A stretch of 63,463 bases of DNA, counting the filler, from Reticulomyxa filosa (lineage: Eukaryota > Protista > Foraminifera): NCBI GenBank assembly GCA_000512085.1. It is 23 parts of 23 records of this genome, joined end to end, with 100 filler letters (N's around TTAATTAATTAA, not from the genome) between each part and the next. Parts side by side here need not be neighbours in the genome. Positions count along the whole stretch, not along the records: positions 1 to 4,443 come from ASPP01002701.1; positions 4,544 to 5,688 come from ASPP01016777.1; positions 5,789 to 6,969 come from ASPP01004943.1; positions 7,070 to 16,294 come from ASPP01028608.1; 19 more parts are not named here. The stretch is one strand, 5' to 3'. Below, one piece after another: positions 1-12,909 of this stretch. A program made the translations under genes and the position numbers. A model generated the notes under the pieces. That model saw only the letters and a list, made by a program, of their open reading frames with translations, was not told where the DNA came from and did not search any database. Position 1 is the stretch's first letter. Every line of letters begins with the position of its first letter.

Positions 1-62
1 AAAAAAAATGTATGTCTGATGACGTATAATTTTTTAAATAAAAAAAATAAAAGGAATAAAAA

Positions 63-400
63 ATGGAATTCCAGCAACTTCGCGATGGAATTGGAGGAGA
101 GATGAAAAAGTTTGGCCACTTTTTGAAACTGTATAGCGATATATTGACAATGTGAAGCAAGGGAGTTGCGAATTTGGAAGTGGCGAAAAAAAAGAATAAA
201 AAATTTATGGATTTTTTGGAGGTGAGTGGTCATTGCAATCGTATTTGGAAGAGCCGATTAAAAGGCTGCCTAGTACCTGCAATTATTGGCGGACTTGTAC
301 CCGCAATTATAAATGAAGACCAAAACTCGGGAGACAGTTTGTTGGAAGCCGTCGATTTTATGAAAAAAAATGATTGACCAAGTCGCAACAAAGAGTAAAG
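63..400 (+). pseudogene. RhoGEF (Dbl-homology) domain fragment, disrupted
   Basis: GIGGEMKKFGHFLKLYSDILTM*SKGVANLEVAKKKNKKFMDFLE, then across frameshifts PIKRLP/YLQLLADLY, matching the DH consensus FLKLYSxY...KxNxxFxxFL...PVQRLPRYxLLLxDL; TGA at 153-155. Confidence 0.7.
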
Positions 401-639
401 GAAAAAAAGGAAGAATGATTTGTGTCAATTACATGTGCGTTTTAAATGATTGAATGAAAGGGGGGGGGCTTAATTTCCAAAACTACCTCACTTGTCGAGG
501 ATGTTCCCGGGCCACCACCAGGAAGACCACCACCTTCTCGTGCGGAGGCCATGAAAGATTGTGTATGTGTGTGTTTTTTTTTTTGGAATGGAACGAACTA
601 ACTTCATTGCTATTTTTCTTTTTTTTTAATGGAATCATA

Positions 640-1020
640 GCTATGAAAGCTCTTTCGGTCAAGGCGCCTCCAAAGGCAAATATGGCACCTTCGCCGCCCA
701 GACCGCCAGAAAGTCCAACAAGAATATCTGATGGCCCTCCAAAGCCACCGCCAAATGCATCCGTTTCCAGACCTCCACCTGGCTCGAAAAAATTGCCTCC
801 CCCCTAGCAGCGGTGGTAATCGACTCGGTCCTGTGTCGTCCAATCCTAATCGCAACAATCTTTTGTCTGAAAGCAGTCGAACCAGATGCAGCACGAAGGC
901 CATCGGTACAACCACGCGATATGCAAATATACTGAAAAAAAGCTTGGATAAGTACAGAGAATTTGTCATGGAGGAGCAAGATGCTGTTGATGAAAACGAA
1001 GAGGGATGGATGAAGAGTAA
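640..1020 (+). pseudogene. Proline-rich region followed by a degenerate WH2/central/acidic (VCA-like) tail
   Basis: PPRPP/PPKPPP/RPPP tracts, a frameshift near 800, then NRNNLLSE...ANILKKSLDKYREFV...EEQDAVDENEEGW (acidic stretch with Trp). Confidence 0.45.
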
Positions 1021-1419
1021 ACTCACAATTTGTTGCAAGAAAATATTACATATATGCAATTGCATATACATATTGACCGCAACAGTGAAAAAAGACTATT
1101 TGGAAAACTGACATGTTGAAAGAAGAAAGCACAACATTTTGTAATTGTTCTCCTTTTGTTTGTCTGATTTTTTTTTTATATAATTTGTTTTCTTTTGGCT
1201 TGGCAAGTGTTATATCAAATTAAGCATTTCTCCACTGTGAATCCAAAACGAGAAAAAAAAACACAAAAGCCTCAAGTGGATTAGACTATATTTTTGATAA
1301 AAATACTATAAAAACTGGCTTGCCTTTTGCAATAAAAATGTGTGCAAAGTGGAATATCGATTGAAAAATGAGTAGTTCACAATATATCTCAAAATTCACT
1401 TCGAAACGCTTTCCACGCA

Positions 1420-2320
1420 AGGGCTGCTCGAAAGCTAAGCCAGTGTCACGTTTTAAAAGTTTTTTATGGAAAGGGTCAAACTCACACTTTTATAAGGTGC
1501 AAAAAGCGCTTAGGGCCAACCCCAATCAAAAAAATCGACTTTACTGATTATCCAAATGTTTGAAATTTCTGGCAGTTGACCGATGTGTAAGAGCTTTTCT
1601 AGTTACATATTCGACCGCTAGCTTCAAATTATCAGTACATTTACCTTTCAAGATAGCCTCTTCTTGCCATAACTTGAACTCACTGGAAACATCATCAGGT
1701 AGCTTGATTATTTTGTTTTATTTTTACGACACATTTTTTTCAAAAACAAGCAAAAAAACAAAACTCCAATGAAACCATTGGCAGCGGCCCAAGGTATGGC
1801 CTTGAGAAGCATAGCAAATTGAAGGAAAGTTCCAAAATGCGAAGCAGCAAGAAAATGTTCAGATGTAGATTTGGTTGCATAAGCACAGCCCAATATTTCC
1901 ATAACCAAATAAAGCAAAAAGATTTGCGTATTTTCTGGCATATTCTTCCAGTTCCAACTGGCTCATGAAAAGTGTCGTTGCATACAAAGAGCATGCGAGA
2001 TTTTATCAAGCCAAGCAGCCATTCTGCATTCAAATTATAGCGATATCGCACGCAACGAAAGGCGAAGCACTGGCGCATTTGCAATATGCTTGCTGTATGA
2101 AGTTCTTTGATAGTGTGCTTCTCGAAGGTCCATTTCCTCACAACACAATAGTTTTCACATTCGACAGCCACCAATTCAACCGCATTTTCGTGGGCTCACT
2201 GTCCTTCACTTCATTGCAAATGCGAGACAGTTCCAAGTTAAATGCACGCAGTACAATTATCCCCAGTTTTTGTGTTTCAAGCACTGTAATGCCAAAAACA
2301 TTTGTGGCTCTTGTTTTCTG
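1420..2320 (-). pseudogene. NDUFAF6: NDUFAF6-like (squalene/phytoene synthase fold) complex I assembly factor, disrupted
   Basis: Minus-strand pieces LRAFNLELSRICNEVKDSEPTKMRLNWW, WLLGLIKSR and ENTQIFLLYLVMEILG...AASHFG...LLKAIPW match NDUFAF6 motifs; they lie in different frames with internal stops. Confidence 0.75.
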
Positions 2321-4443
2321 TGTGTATGTATATATTTCATTTGAAACTTTTTTTCCCCTTTTTTTGCATCATTATAATGCAAAAAAAAAAGAGCAAAAAA
2401 TTTTTAAAAAATAGACGCATGATAGCATAAACTTGTCATTTTGATAACTAATTGTACTTCTGTAATACAATATTCAAATGCATGTTCCACTTGTCTTTTT
2501 TTCTTTTGGTAATCCTTTCTGGCTTTGGATCTTGTTTTGTTGCAGTGTTTGGCTCCTTGTTTGATACTTCCGATTCAGTTTGCTGAGTTTGTGCTGTTTG
2601 TTCACCCTTGTCTTCATTTCCTTTCTGTGCTGTAACTCTCTTGTATCGAAAGGGGAAGTTCCATTTCATCCTTTGCTTCTTTCGTTGAAAATTGATGTCT
2701 TCGGGGCATTAGCCGAGTTGTTGCTTTCCATTCGCTTTTCAATATCCATGGTCGTTGCGTCCCCAAACGACTTGCTATCTCATATTCACTTGTTGAACCT
2801 AGCTTTCCAAGCATATATCTTCCATGAATTCTCACTTTTTTTATATAAATTTTTTTTTACGGTCAGCCGTCGGTCGCGAGTCTGAGTCTTGCTTGAATAC
2901 TTAAATTTTTTTTCCTTCTTTTCTAAGGTCAAGCAAAAACACATTTGTCAAGTTTAAAGATAAACAAGGCTAAATATGAGCTTTATTGCAAGGTTATGCA
3001 GGATAAACACGCGAAACCCGCATTACATTTAACGACAATTTAACGCACTATTTGTGAAACTGGTGACGTTTTTTGATTTGGATATTATCTCAGCTTATAA
3101 AATGTTGTTGTTCCACACTCACCTAACATTGCAAACCTAACGTTTCTACTTTTTTTTTCAGTGTTTTTCCAGTTCGCTTATGAAACAAACTTTTTTTATT
3201 TTTTACTGTTTGAACGAAAACACTTGTTTCCACTGCAAGTCGAACAAAAAATTGAATGAAAATATTATTCGTTCTTTGGTTTGAACATTACATTATATGC
3301 CCCTGCAATGAAGATTTGTTTATGCCACATTAGCAATAATACATTTTCGATAATACAAAAAAGTGTATGAAACAGAAATTTGCCTAGTATAAATAAACTC
3401 AAATGTGTAATTGATACAACATATCTTTCATTTGAAAGTCTTGGAACAGCTATACAATAAAATGTCAATGGAGGAGCTTTTGTCAGCATCCTGTATGTCT
3501 GTAATTCTACCTTATACGGTCGTTCAGTTCAAGAAAGATCCAATAGTCTTTCGTACTCAAAATAACATCAAGGTTGTTTTTTTGGCTAGAAAACGTAGCA
3601 ATCTCCACATTTATGTATTCTGGCATTGTTAAGCCGTCACACCGGCAAAATCACGATGTCATGAGCATTGATCACGCGATTGGATACCAACTTTCTATGC
3701 GGAGGGCTCTTATCTATAGGTTACATCTAAAATTGTATCAAATCACTACTGCTGAGCGTGCGGCTAGTGTGAACACCAACTCTTATTCGAAGACCAAGAA
3801 GCAACAATGGAGGATAGGCTGTGTTACCACAGCATCAAAGACATACACACACTTAGTCAATTCAAACACAGAATAATGAACCTGAACCATGAAAATATTT
3901 AAATGATTTTAACTATTCGCAAATCAATCGTTCTTGCATTGACAAGTTTATAATAAGCAAAATGAACACATACAATAAATATCTATATGTACAGTTTTTT
4001 TTTTTAAGTACGTCTACATACAATCAAAAAAAAAATTAAAAATAACGTAGCTATGACAAGACTGCAATCTATGAGCTGGGAACTGCGTACATATTGCGAC
4101 AAACTAACTTTTTTTGGGATTTGATGCGGTGGTATGCTCGCTGTCTTTGATTTGCTTGTTCAAAGTTGGCGAACGGATTTATGACTGCACATTGGGACAT
4201 TTAGAGATTTTCCACAATTACAGTTCAGCAAAGATCAACATTTCTTTAGGGTAACAAATTTGAGCTCCTCCTTTGCTTGTATCACCAAAAAGGCTGTTGA
4301 AACTACCGATTCAGTCGCACTTTCGTCCAAATGAATTATATCTTCACTTAATATTAATTGTAGGAATTGGGCAATTGAATTATTGAAACTTCATATCGCT
4401 TTTTTTAATAAATAAAAACGATTAATTTTAAATCGCCATATGA

Positions 4444-4543
4444 NNNNNNNNNNNNNNNNNNNNNNNNNNNNNNNNNNNNNNNNNNNNTTAATTAATTAAN
4501 NNNNNNNNNNNNNNNNNNNNNNNNNNNNNNNNNNNNNNNNNNN
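4444..4543. other. Artificial contig spacer (N~44-TTAATTAATTAA-N~44); first of 22, others starting at about 5689, 6970, 16295, 18367, 19867, 23657, 25199, 27128, 28289, 29438, 31345, 34782, 37066, 38512, 42551, 45223, 46884, 48164, 49510, 50610, 58498
   Basis: An identical ~100-nt block recurs 22 times; its palindromic core gives stop codons in all six frames; genes are truncated at these blocks. Confidence 0.97.
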
Positions 4544-7500
4544 TTTTTAAGAAAAGTTAATATTAATGATGAATGGAGTAAATATTAATTTTTTTTTTTT
4601 TTTTTTTTTGACTTGCAGTCAAAAGTTTAATGTCTCTGATAGTCTCTTTTTAAGCTCAAAATAAAAATAAAAAAATAACAAACCCCTCTTATCATTAAAC
4701 TCAAACTAGTGGGTTAATGGAGATTTTGAGATAAAGGCCTCACATGCTTAGCACGCCTAAAATCTCAACACGTGGGATTAATAGTGAACCGGAGAAGCAC
4801 AATCAAGACTTCAGTCCAGAATGAAATACTTGGGGGCTCTTCGTTGCTGCTAGCCTCGGAGTGACCCTAAAGTTTATTAACAAAAATTTACACACATTGT
4901 ATCATCCATTTTTTTGTTTAATTTAAATTAATTTTTTATTTCTATACAACTCCGTAACAGCATCTTAATGATGGTCTGACTATACCTTTATTTAGCCGGC
5001 AAGCCTTGCTAAGCAGCTTTCTTGTCATCACTTCCCTCAATTAAAAAGCTGTTAACTGCGCGTGCCTTACTTTGGGTTGGAATTTATGCTGAAGAGCCTA
5101 GACGCCCAAATAAACTGCCCAAAAGGGGTAATAAGAACACATTTTTTTACAATGTTCAAAATATTCAAAAAATGTTAGTTATATAAATTTTTATATGGAA
5201 GATTTTCAAGTAGTAAAAAACGCTTGTTGACTTTCTAGATTTTTTCAATCTTTAACGATTTTCGTGAAATTTCTTGGAAATTCTTGATCAAAATTTCAAA
5301 TGTCAATTTCAAAAATTTCTTTCAAAAACTTTAAGATGATGAATTATCTTGCTACTTCAAACTTTATTTCCTTCAAAATACAACTTTTTCAACAAAAGTT
5401 AATATCAATGATGAAAGAATTATCTTCAACATATCCAAAATTATGTATAGAATATTTCGGGGTTCTTTATTTCTTTATTTGATCTTCCTTTTCATCAACT
5501 TTTTGTTCGGTTTGTTGCATTTTATTGAAATGATTTACAATGTTTTCTAATTTATCGGATAGTTGATACAAATACAATCTCCCAAATAATTGAAAATGTA
5601 TTTGCTTTAATTGCTGTTATCAATGCTCCCCAATTTTCCCAAATATCTTCTATATCAATGTTTGAGATTTTAATGAATGCAATCCATTNNNNNNNNNNNN
5701 NNNNNNNNNNNNNNNNNNNNNNNNNNNNNNNNTTAATTAATTAANNNNNNNNNNNNNNNNNNNNNNNNNNNNNNNNNNNNNNNNNNNNTTTTTTTTTTTC
5801 CCCCAATGTTTTTGAATTAATTTGATTGTTACAAGAAGAAATATCTTTTTATTTTCAATAATATTATTCGTTGCAAAAGTTTGGAGAAATAGAAAAATGA
5901 ATACACAAGCAAATTCTCCAAGGAGGAAACACTTGGAAATAAAAGCAATGCAAATAGGGCCCAAAATACAATTGCACTGGAAAACAACGACAATCATTAG
6001 AGCCCAACACACTTTTATTCCAATGAAAATAACAAATCACACAATAAAACGAATTACATGAAAAGAAACAGAGCAAAACAAAAAACAAATCAACGTGTTG
6101 GTTTGTCATATCATCGAAGAGATTAGGTAGACAATGTTGCCAAATATATATATGTATATATTGTGACAATGTTGTTTTCATTTTTTTCTTTGTGTGCACT
6201 CCGATGTTGTGACAAGTCGATGATAACAATGATAATCAATTGAATGTGTCTTTGGCAGCAGTCAATGCGATCAGTGAAGAAGGAGATAAACAAGATAGTT
6301 GATCCCAAAATTACACCATGGTATCGACGTCATCGTAAGTGCCCAATTACGACAATAGCAACGAAACAGAGCCAACAAAAGTGGCAATCGATTGGAAGGC
6401 AGTATTTGTAGCCTTATTTTTATTCACATCAAATACAATGACTTGGTCATTGTTTAATGTGTTGAGTCGTCGTTTTGTCTCCGGGCAGTTAATCCCCATT
6501 GTTTCAATGCGAAATCTTCCGCATCTTCTCCATTTGCGGTTCCACTACATACACGACAAGCGGACTTAGTATATCCTAGTTGTTGCAAACACAAAAACAG
6601 CAAAAACAACTTAATTCAAATTGCTTTAAAAGATAGACAAAAGTAATCAATGTTGTTTTAAACTTCAATCTTTTTTCAAAGGTATTATGATAATAATAAA
6701 ATGAAATTATCCAATTCAATCATTTCATGCCAATCTCCCTTTAACGACAATATCCACAGTAATTCTTCAATCCAATTGCAATATACCAAAATTTTGATAT
6801 CTTCTTCCACCAAATCAACACAAGATCATACCAATTCAATATCGGAAATGCCTCCATGCATCTTTGGTGTGTCGATATCGGGACCACATATACATAACCC
6901 CAAATACATATGAATGACGATGACGGGGTATTTAATTGATTGTGCATATGATGAGTTGAGTGTATATTANNNNNNNNNNNNNNNNNNNNNNNNNNNNNNN
7001 NNNNNNNNNNNNNTTAATTAATTAANNNNNNNNNNNNNNNNNNNNNNNNNNNNNNNNNNNNNNNNNNNNTCTCACCAATCGCGATGAAATCAATTACAAT
7101 TACGCCTATGCCTTGGAACAATTCGAAGCATACGATCAAGCCGTTCAACACTATCACTACGCCGTCGAGTTTCGAGAAAAAGAATAACATACTTATGCAA
7201 ACATGCAAGCATTGTTCAGTCGAAGCAACCACCAAGGATTGAGTATTGTCACCAATGGCGTGCCCATCCATAATCACAGCAGCGGCAACCCTGCAGTGAC
7301 AATGGACTTGTTGACTATTGCTACGACGACAACAGCAACAGCAACAGCAACAACTACATCGATGACTGCAGCCACTACGGCACGGGCGCAACGACCAAGG
7401 CGATTATTGAATAGCAAATATATGAAACAGTGAAAAGCTCAAGATCTACGGTCGAAACAATGATCGAAATCCAAAAACGCTACTTTATTTGTTTGTTTTG

Positions 7501-8043
7501 CTATGCTCGGTGTTTGCGAAAGAACAATAAGTTGGCGATAATTGAAGTTCAGTTCTTTAAGCTGCTGCAAATGTGGCTTACCCATTATGACGTTCATGTG
7601 AAATACTGATTGTGTCTAGTCGAAATGAAACGATTATATGAAGCGCAAGATCATTATATCATCTACATTCGATTATTGACCAAGATCAAACTGCATATCG
7701 CAATTATGGCACTAATTCGAGATTTGTGTTTATTCAAAAAAAAAATATATGTACATATACATATATGTTTATATATTTATTACAACATATATAAATATAT
7801 GTTGAATAAATTTGTGAATATGAACAACAAAAGATATGTCCATTCTCCTGGCGAGTTACTGATGGTGCATTTATCACTTGCAAAAGGATATTGAATTGGC
7901 ACTACAATATTATGAGACTGATATTGTATACGATCAAATCAATTCATTTGCTTTGAAATGACTATATATACTCTTGAACAAAGAGTATAAATAATCAGAT
8001 AAAGCATTGCAGTACTTAGAAACAGTAATCAAATTGGAGCAAA

Positions 8044-8950
8044 ATGCAGCAATTTCAATTTCGTAGTACATTGTCCATTTCACTTGTACTACCTCAATGT
8101 GTGAAACATAAAAACGAATTACTCATTTGTAGATGTTTGTATGAATTATATTGTTATTATTATCATATAATCAAAAGTGAATATAACTTTATATATTATT
8201 ATACAGATAATAGAAATAATAATAATTATGAAAGAGCTCATGCAGTAATTGGTGGAAGCAACAATAATTTGTTATTTATAACTTATAAATGTTATATATT
8301 AGTTTGTTTAATTTGAATACATTTCAATTTATTAAACGACAAATTACTAACTAAAATTGAAATATGTTATCATTGCTTTGTACCAAATAATGAATAAAGA
8401 CAATAAATAATGAAAAAAAATTTTAAAAATTACAAAATGTTGTTATTTTATAATAATACAAGATATCAATAGAATTTAATGAAAAAAAATTTTCAATTTT
8501 ATGAATTACATGTTATTAATGATATTAAATTATTAAATGGATATTGATATTTAATTATTATAATACAATATTGTTCTTTGGTTGATCGAATTATTATAAT
8601 ATTTCAAGATCAGTTCATAATTATTCAATTTGATAAAATAAATATATAACATTTGAAACATTTTACCAATAAATTTGAGTTTTTATAATTCGATATTTAT
8701 TGGAAAATATAATCAAATACATATTATTGGAGGAATAAATGAGAATTTATATTTGTTACCAGTTCACATAAAAACTAAATTAAGTATATTATATCCTTTT
8801 AATATAGTAATAATTTATACATTTATTTATTTATTATAAAACATAAATAAACGTTTATAAAAAATAGTCAAAAAACGAAATAAATAATATCATTAAATAT
8901 TTGGTGATTAATATACAAATAAAATTTGTATGTATTGATAATTTTGATAA
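8044..8950 (+). pseudogene. Kelch-like beta-propeller repeat family member, heavily decayed
   Basis: QCVKHKNELLIC...CYYYHIIKSEYNFI and AVIGGSNNNLLFITY resemble an expanded foraminiferan kelch-like family; many stops; extremely AT-rich. Confidence 0.6.
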
Positions 8951-10659
8951 TATTATTATTGAATGAATATTTTATCAAAATTTTTTTTGATTTATAAAAT
9001 TTAATTAATTAACAAAAATAAAAGATTTCAAGAATTTGAAACATTAATATAATATAATATTAATATTATTACTATCTAGCATATGACTATACTACAATAA
9101 GACTAAATTGTTTGTCAAAAACAGCATAAATGATAACATATAACTCGATCAAATAGTGCAAATTATTTTGTAAGAAAAAATACAAAAAAATGATTGAATA
9201 TGCATTTCTACTTGCTATTTGTAAATAATTCAAGGAAACCTTGTGATATTGTAACTAATTTGATTTTTAGTCCAGAGTTTCCAATGTCAAACACATAGTG
9301 ACTGTCCACTTGCCAATTTGTTTTAAAATTTCAATAATCCATATTTCTTCAATGCTATGTGTTTCAATTTGCGATTGACCCCGCCAAATGATATTGACGG
9401 ACGTGACATTATCTCAATCTTCGTCGTGTCGACTCGATGTGTAGTTCTATCATTGTTTGCTCATCTTCAAACCCAACTTTTTTGCGATCCCCGCGGTCGC
9501 TGAACTTTGCTATCGTGTCGAAACGATCCAATGATGCTGTGTCATTCGTATATTTACAATAGTGTTATTACAATTACTTTTTTTTTAAGTGGAGTGAAGT
9601 TGTACAAATGGACAAAACTTGCAATTGATTCCAAAACACCAATTCGTGATAATTGTCTAGTAAAGTTTTTCGAGAGATGCAAATGTCTTTTAACTCGTCG
9701 ATTTCGTTGTCACTATCATTGTTACTGTCATTGCTCGCTGCCACTACTCGTTGTATTTTTCGCCATTTCCAATTGTGGCTGATGTCGATGACGATAAGAA
9801 AATCGTTTGCCAACGGGTTGCAAGGTGTTATTATTTAGATTATTGTTTTCATTATTATTACTATTTTTACTATTGTTGCTATTTTGTCGAAGTGAAATTG
9901 GTTTGGACGTTTTGTCTTTTGTCAATGTGGACTGATTGCCGCCATTATTGCCATTGAACTTGTTACTCTTTGCATTTGTGTTATTTCCTTCACTTCGGCT
10001 GATATAATTTAGACTTTCACTGCCATTACCATTCTGTCTTCGCTTTCTTCGTTGTCATCGTTATTGCCGTTTCCATTATTGCCTGCGTTATTATCGTCAT
10101 AGTCATCATTTCAATCATCATCTTTTTTTTTACATCATCGCTCTAATCTCCACCAAAATATGTGATGTCATAGTCGTATTTGGTTTTGTCAAACTCGCTG
10201 GAAAAGGGGCCAGATTTCAACTACACTTCATTGTTGACCACTTGTCCCCAAATGCGTATCGTCATAAACTTGTGCTGTCCTTCGATCTGCAGTATCCACT
10301 TAAACGATTTGTTGGATATCCACCAATACCCGTATGCCATGTCCACACCTTCCTCATACATCATCACTTTCTTCTGCGCCTTCTCGTCGAAACCTTGCTT
10401 CATCGGAAGTTGATGCAACTCAAATATATTATGCATCGCAAACATTATCTGCGACTGGTCTCCAAATACGTGAATCGATCTTGCAACACCAACTACATTT
10501 CATTTTCAACACACAAAACATTTTATACTTTAAAAAGTGTGGATGGATGAGAAACGCCAAATGTTCAATAATAATAATAAAATTCAATTTCATATATATA
10601 TGCATATATGAAATTGAACTTGAGAAATTCGAAATTGAAACATTGCAAATCTGGCAAGA

Positions 10660-10830
10660 TAATCAGTAGGATTGACAATTGTGTATTGTTCACCTTCATC
10701 CACTAATGCAATTGCCAAGCGATACTTCCCAGGGGCGACTCTTGGGATCACCATATCCAACAGGATTCCATTTTTTGCAAATTGCAGTGTTTTCAACTTC
10801 AGGTTCAAGCGACAAAGAATTTTTCTTTTT
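10660..10830 (-). pseudogene. SPRY-like domain C-terminal fragment
   Basis: LNLKLKTLQFAKNGILL...KYRLAIAL resembles the SPRY end (lDlxxgtlxFxkNG...yyPavsl); no start found. Confidence 0.3.
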
Positions 10831-11067
10831 TTCTCACCAAGAGTCTAAAAAATTTAGATTGTCAAATTAAAGACGAAGTTTTTGTAAGGAAGAAATCAAT
10901 TTAAATATGCTTTTATTCTATAGATTTTCAGTTGTAATTTATTGTATTAGTTAATTTGTCCCGAGAACGCATTTCTTGTTAGAGAAAACAAAACAAGAAG
11001 ACTTGTTTGCCTGAACTTTAGTGACTTTTTACCCCAACTCTGAATTTGAACAAGCAAAAAAAATAAA

Positions 11068-11906
11068 ATGACAACAAATGGTGGCGAAGGTGAAATCACA
11101 ATAACTATAAAGCAATTGGATGGAGCGACATTCAGCATCCAAATAATACCTACAGCGCAAGTGAGGCAGCTGAAAGAAGCAGTCCAAAGAGCACGTGATA
11201 TTTCCCCAGAACGGCAGAGATTGATTTACCGAGCGCAAGAGTTAAAGAACGATGAAAACACACTGACCGATTATGGCGTTGTGGACCAATGTACATTACA
11301 TATGGTCATTCGACCACTGGCAAATGTTCCACCTAATAATAATGCCAATCCAGATGTTGTTGTGAGCATAGCACAGTTAACAAGGAGAAGTGAGAAAGGA
11401 AAAAAAAAAGATCAAAAAGAAGACACCCTTGGTTTTTTTTTGTACATATTTTTGTGGAAAGAAACAACGTCGAAGGACAAGATCAGATAGAGCATGTAAA
11501 CGTTGCACCAACAGATATAAATGTGTTGCAAATAGCCAAATTATCTCGCTTTGTGCGTATATTTGCAATTCTTGATTTTCTGATTTTACTGTTGTTTGGA
11601 CTCACTTTATCACTTTTATTTTTTGTAATGGCAGTATTGGCTTTGGCAGGTTATTACGGTGCCAAAACACTGAAACGATCGTATTTAGTAGCTTATATAA
11701 TTTGCTTGATTTTGGAAATTGTTGCGCGCGCAGCTTTCATTTATCTCGATCGATACAACATTGTTTCCGTCGTTCTGTTAGCTTTAATGATTCTTATCGA
11801 TATGTTTGTCCTCCGGTGTGTCATCCAATTGTTTAGGGCCATTGCACATTTACAACCACATCAACAAGAACAAATTATGGTCTTCAATCGGATCGGCTTA
11901 CTTTGA
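11068..11906 (+). CDS. N-terminal ubiquitin-like domain protein with about 4 C-terminal TM helices (2 exons; intron about 11362-11486)
   Basis: ITITIKQLDG...VRQLKEAV...ISPERQRLIYRAQELK...TLTDYGV...TLHMV is a UBL domain; a phase-0 GT(gag)...CAG intron joins it to the hydrophobic ORF ending at 11906. Confidence 0.85.
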
Positions 11907-12274
11907 AATCGTTTCAAGCTCGTGATTGATTATCTTTTTTTTTTTAGACTTATTTTTAAACAGTTAATTACTAATGTCTACTTTGTTGTTTTGTTTTTGT
12001 GATTTGTTTGTGATTCAATTCAATCTATGGATGAATTGTATCAAAAAAAATTTTTTAGTTTTGTTTGCGTTAGCCCATTGTTGTGATTCCCCCCCTCCTT
12101 TTTTTTTTTGAACTTGGAACTGAAGTTTTTTATTTACATGTGTGTTTGTCATAATGCATTTATAATAATAATTTAAACAAAATTTTTGTGGAAAAGAAAA
12201 ACCATGAACACTTTTTTTTTTAAATTTCATTACATTAAAAATTGTCCCGTTGCATTACTTTTAACAAAGTTCAG

Positions 12275-12909
12275 TCATTTTTGCTTTTTCTTCGTTGCAG
12301 CTTTATCAGTCATTGTGACATCACTTGTTTTACTCGTTTTGGAAGTTGACTTCTTAGATTTTTCTCGAGTGTCCTTTTTTTCTTCTGGGGCATCAATGTT
12401 CATTTTGACAGATTCAGTATCCACTTCTTCAATGGCTGATGGATTTTCTTCATATGCTTCCAGTGACTCTTGATAGGCAGTTTTCAGACTTTGACATATC
12501 GTTTGCAATGTATTGCAGCCTTGTTTCAATATTTCGTCACAGTTTTTGCCTTTTTGGCATTGAATTCTCAGACTCATAGCATTCCCGTGAGGATGTGGTA
12601 TTGTGTAGGCACATAAATCTACGTGTGGATTTCCAGATAATACCCATTGAACGACATTTCCCAATGTGTGATCTTCCTTCTTGATTCGATAGGTCCCATA
12701 CTGAGAATCACTACTTCCAAACTATTGGCACATTGAATTGTATTATATCGCTTTCTTTTTAAATCATTAGGCCATAAGTATCTCTCTTTCGAACGACTGA
12801 CACATAAACTTACTCGTTGGAGTTTAGGGGCTCTTACGCTCTCATCAAACTCCCATGGTACTTGAATAGTGTCCGAATTGGCCGGACAAGTCATGTCTTG
12901 GGATTGCAT
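12275..12909 (-). CDS. RPC19: RNA polymerase I/III shared subunit AC19 (RPB11/RpoL family), one intron
   Basis: EEDHTLGNVVQWVLSGNPHVDLCAYTIPHP...LRIQ signature; ATG at 12909. Confidence 0.85.
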
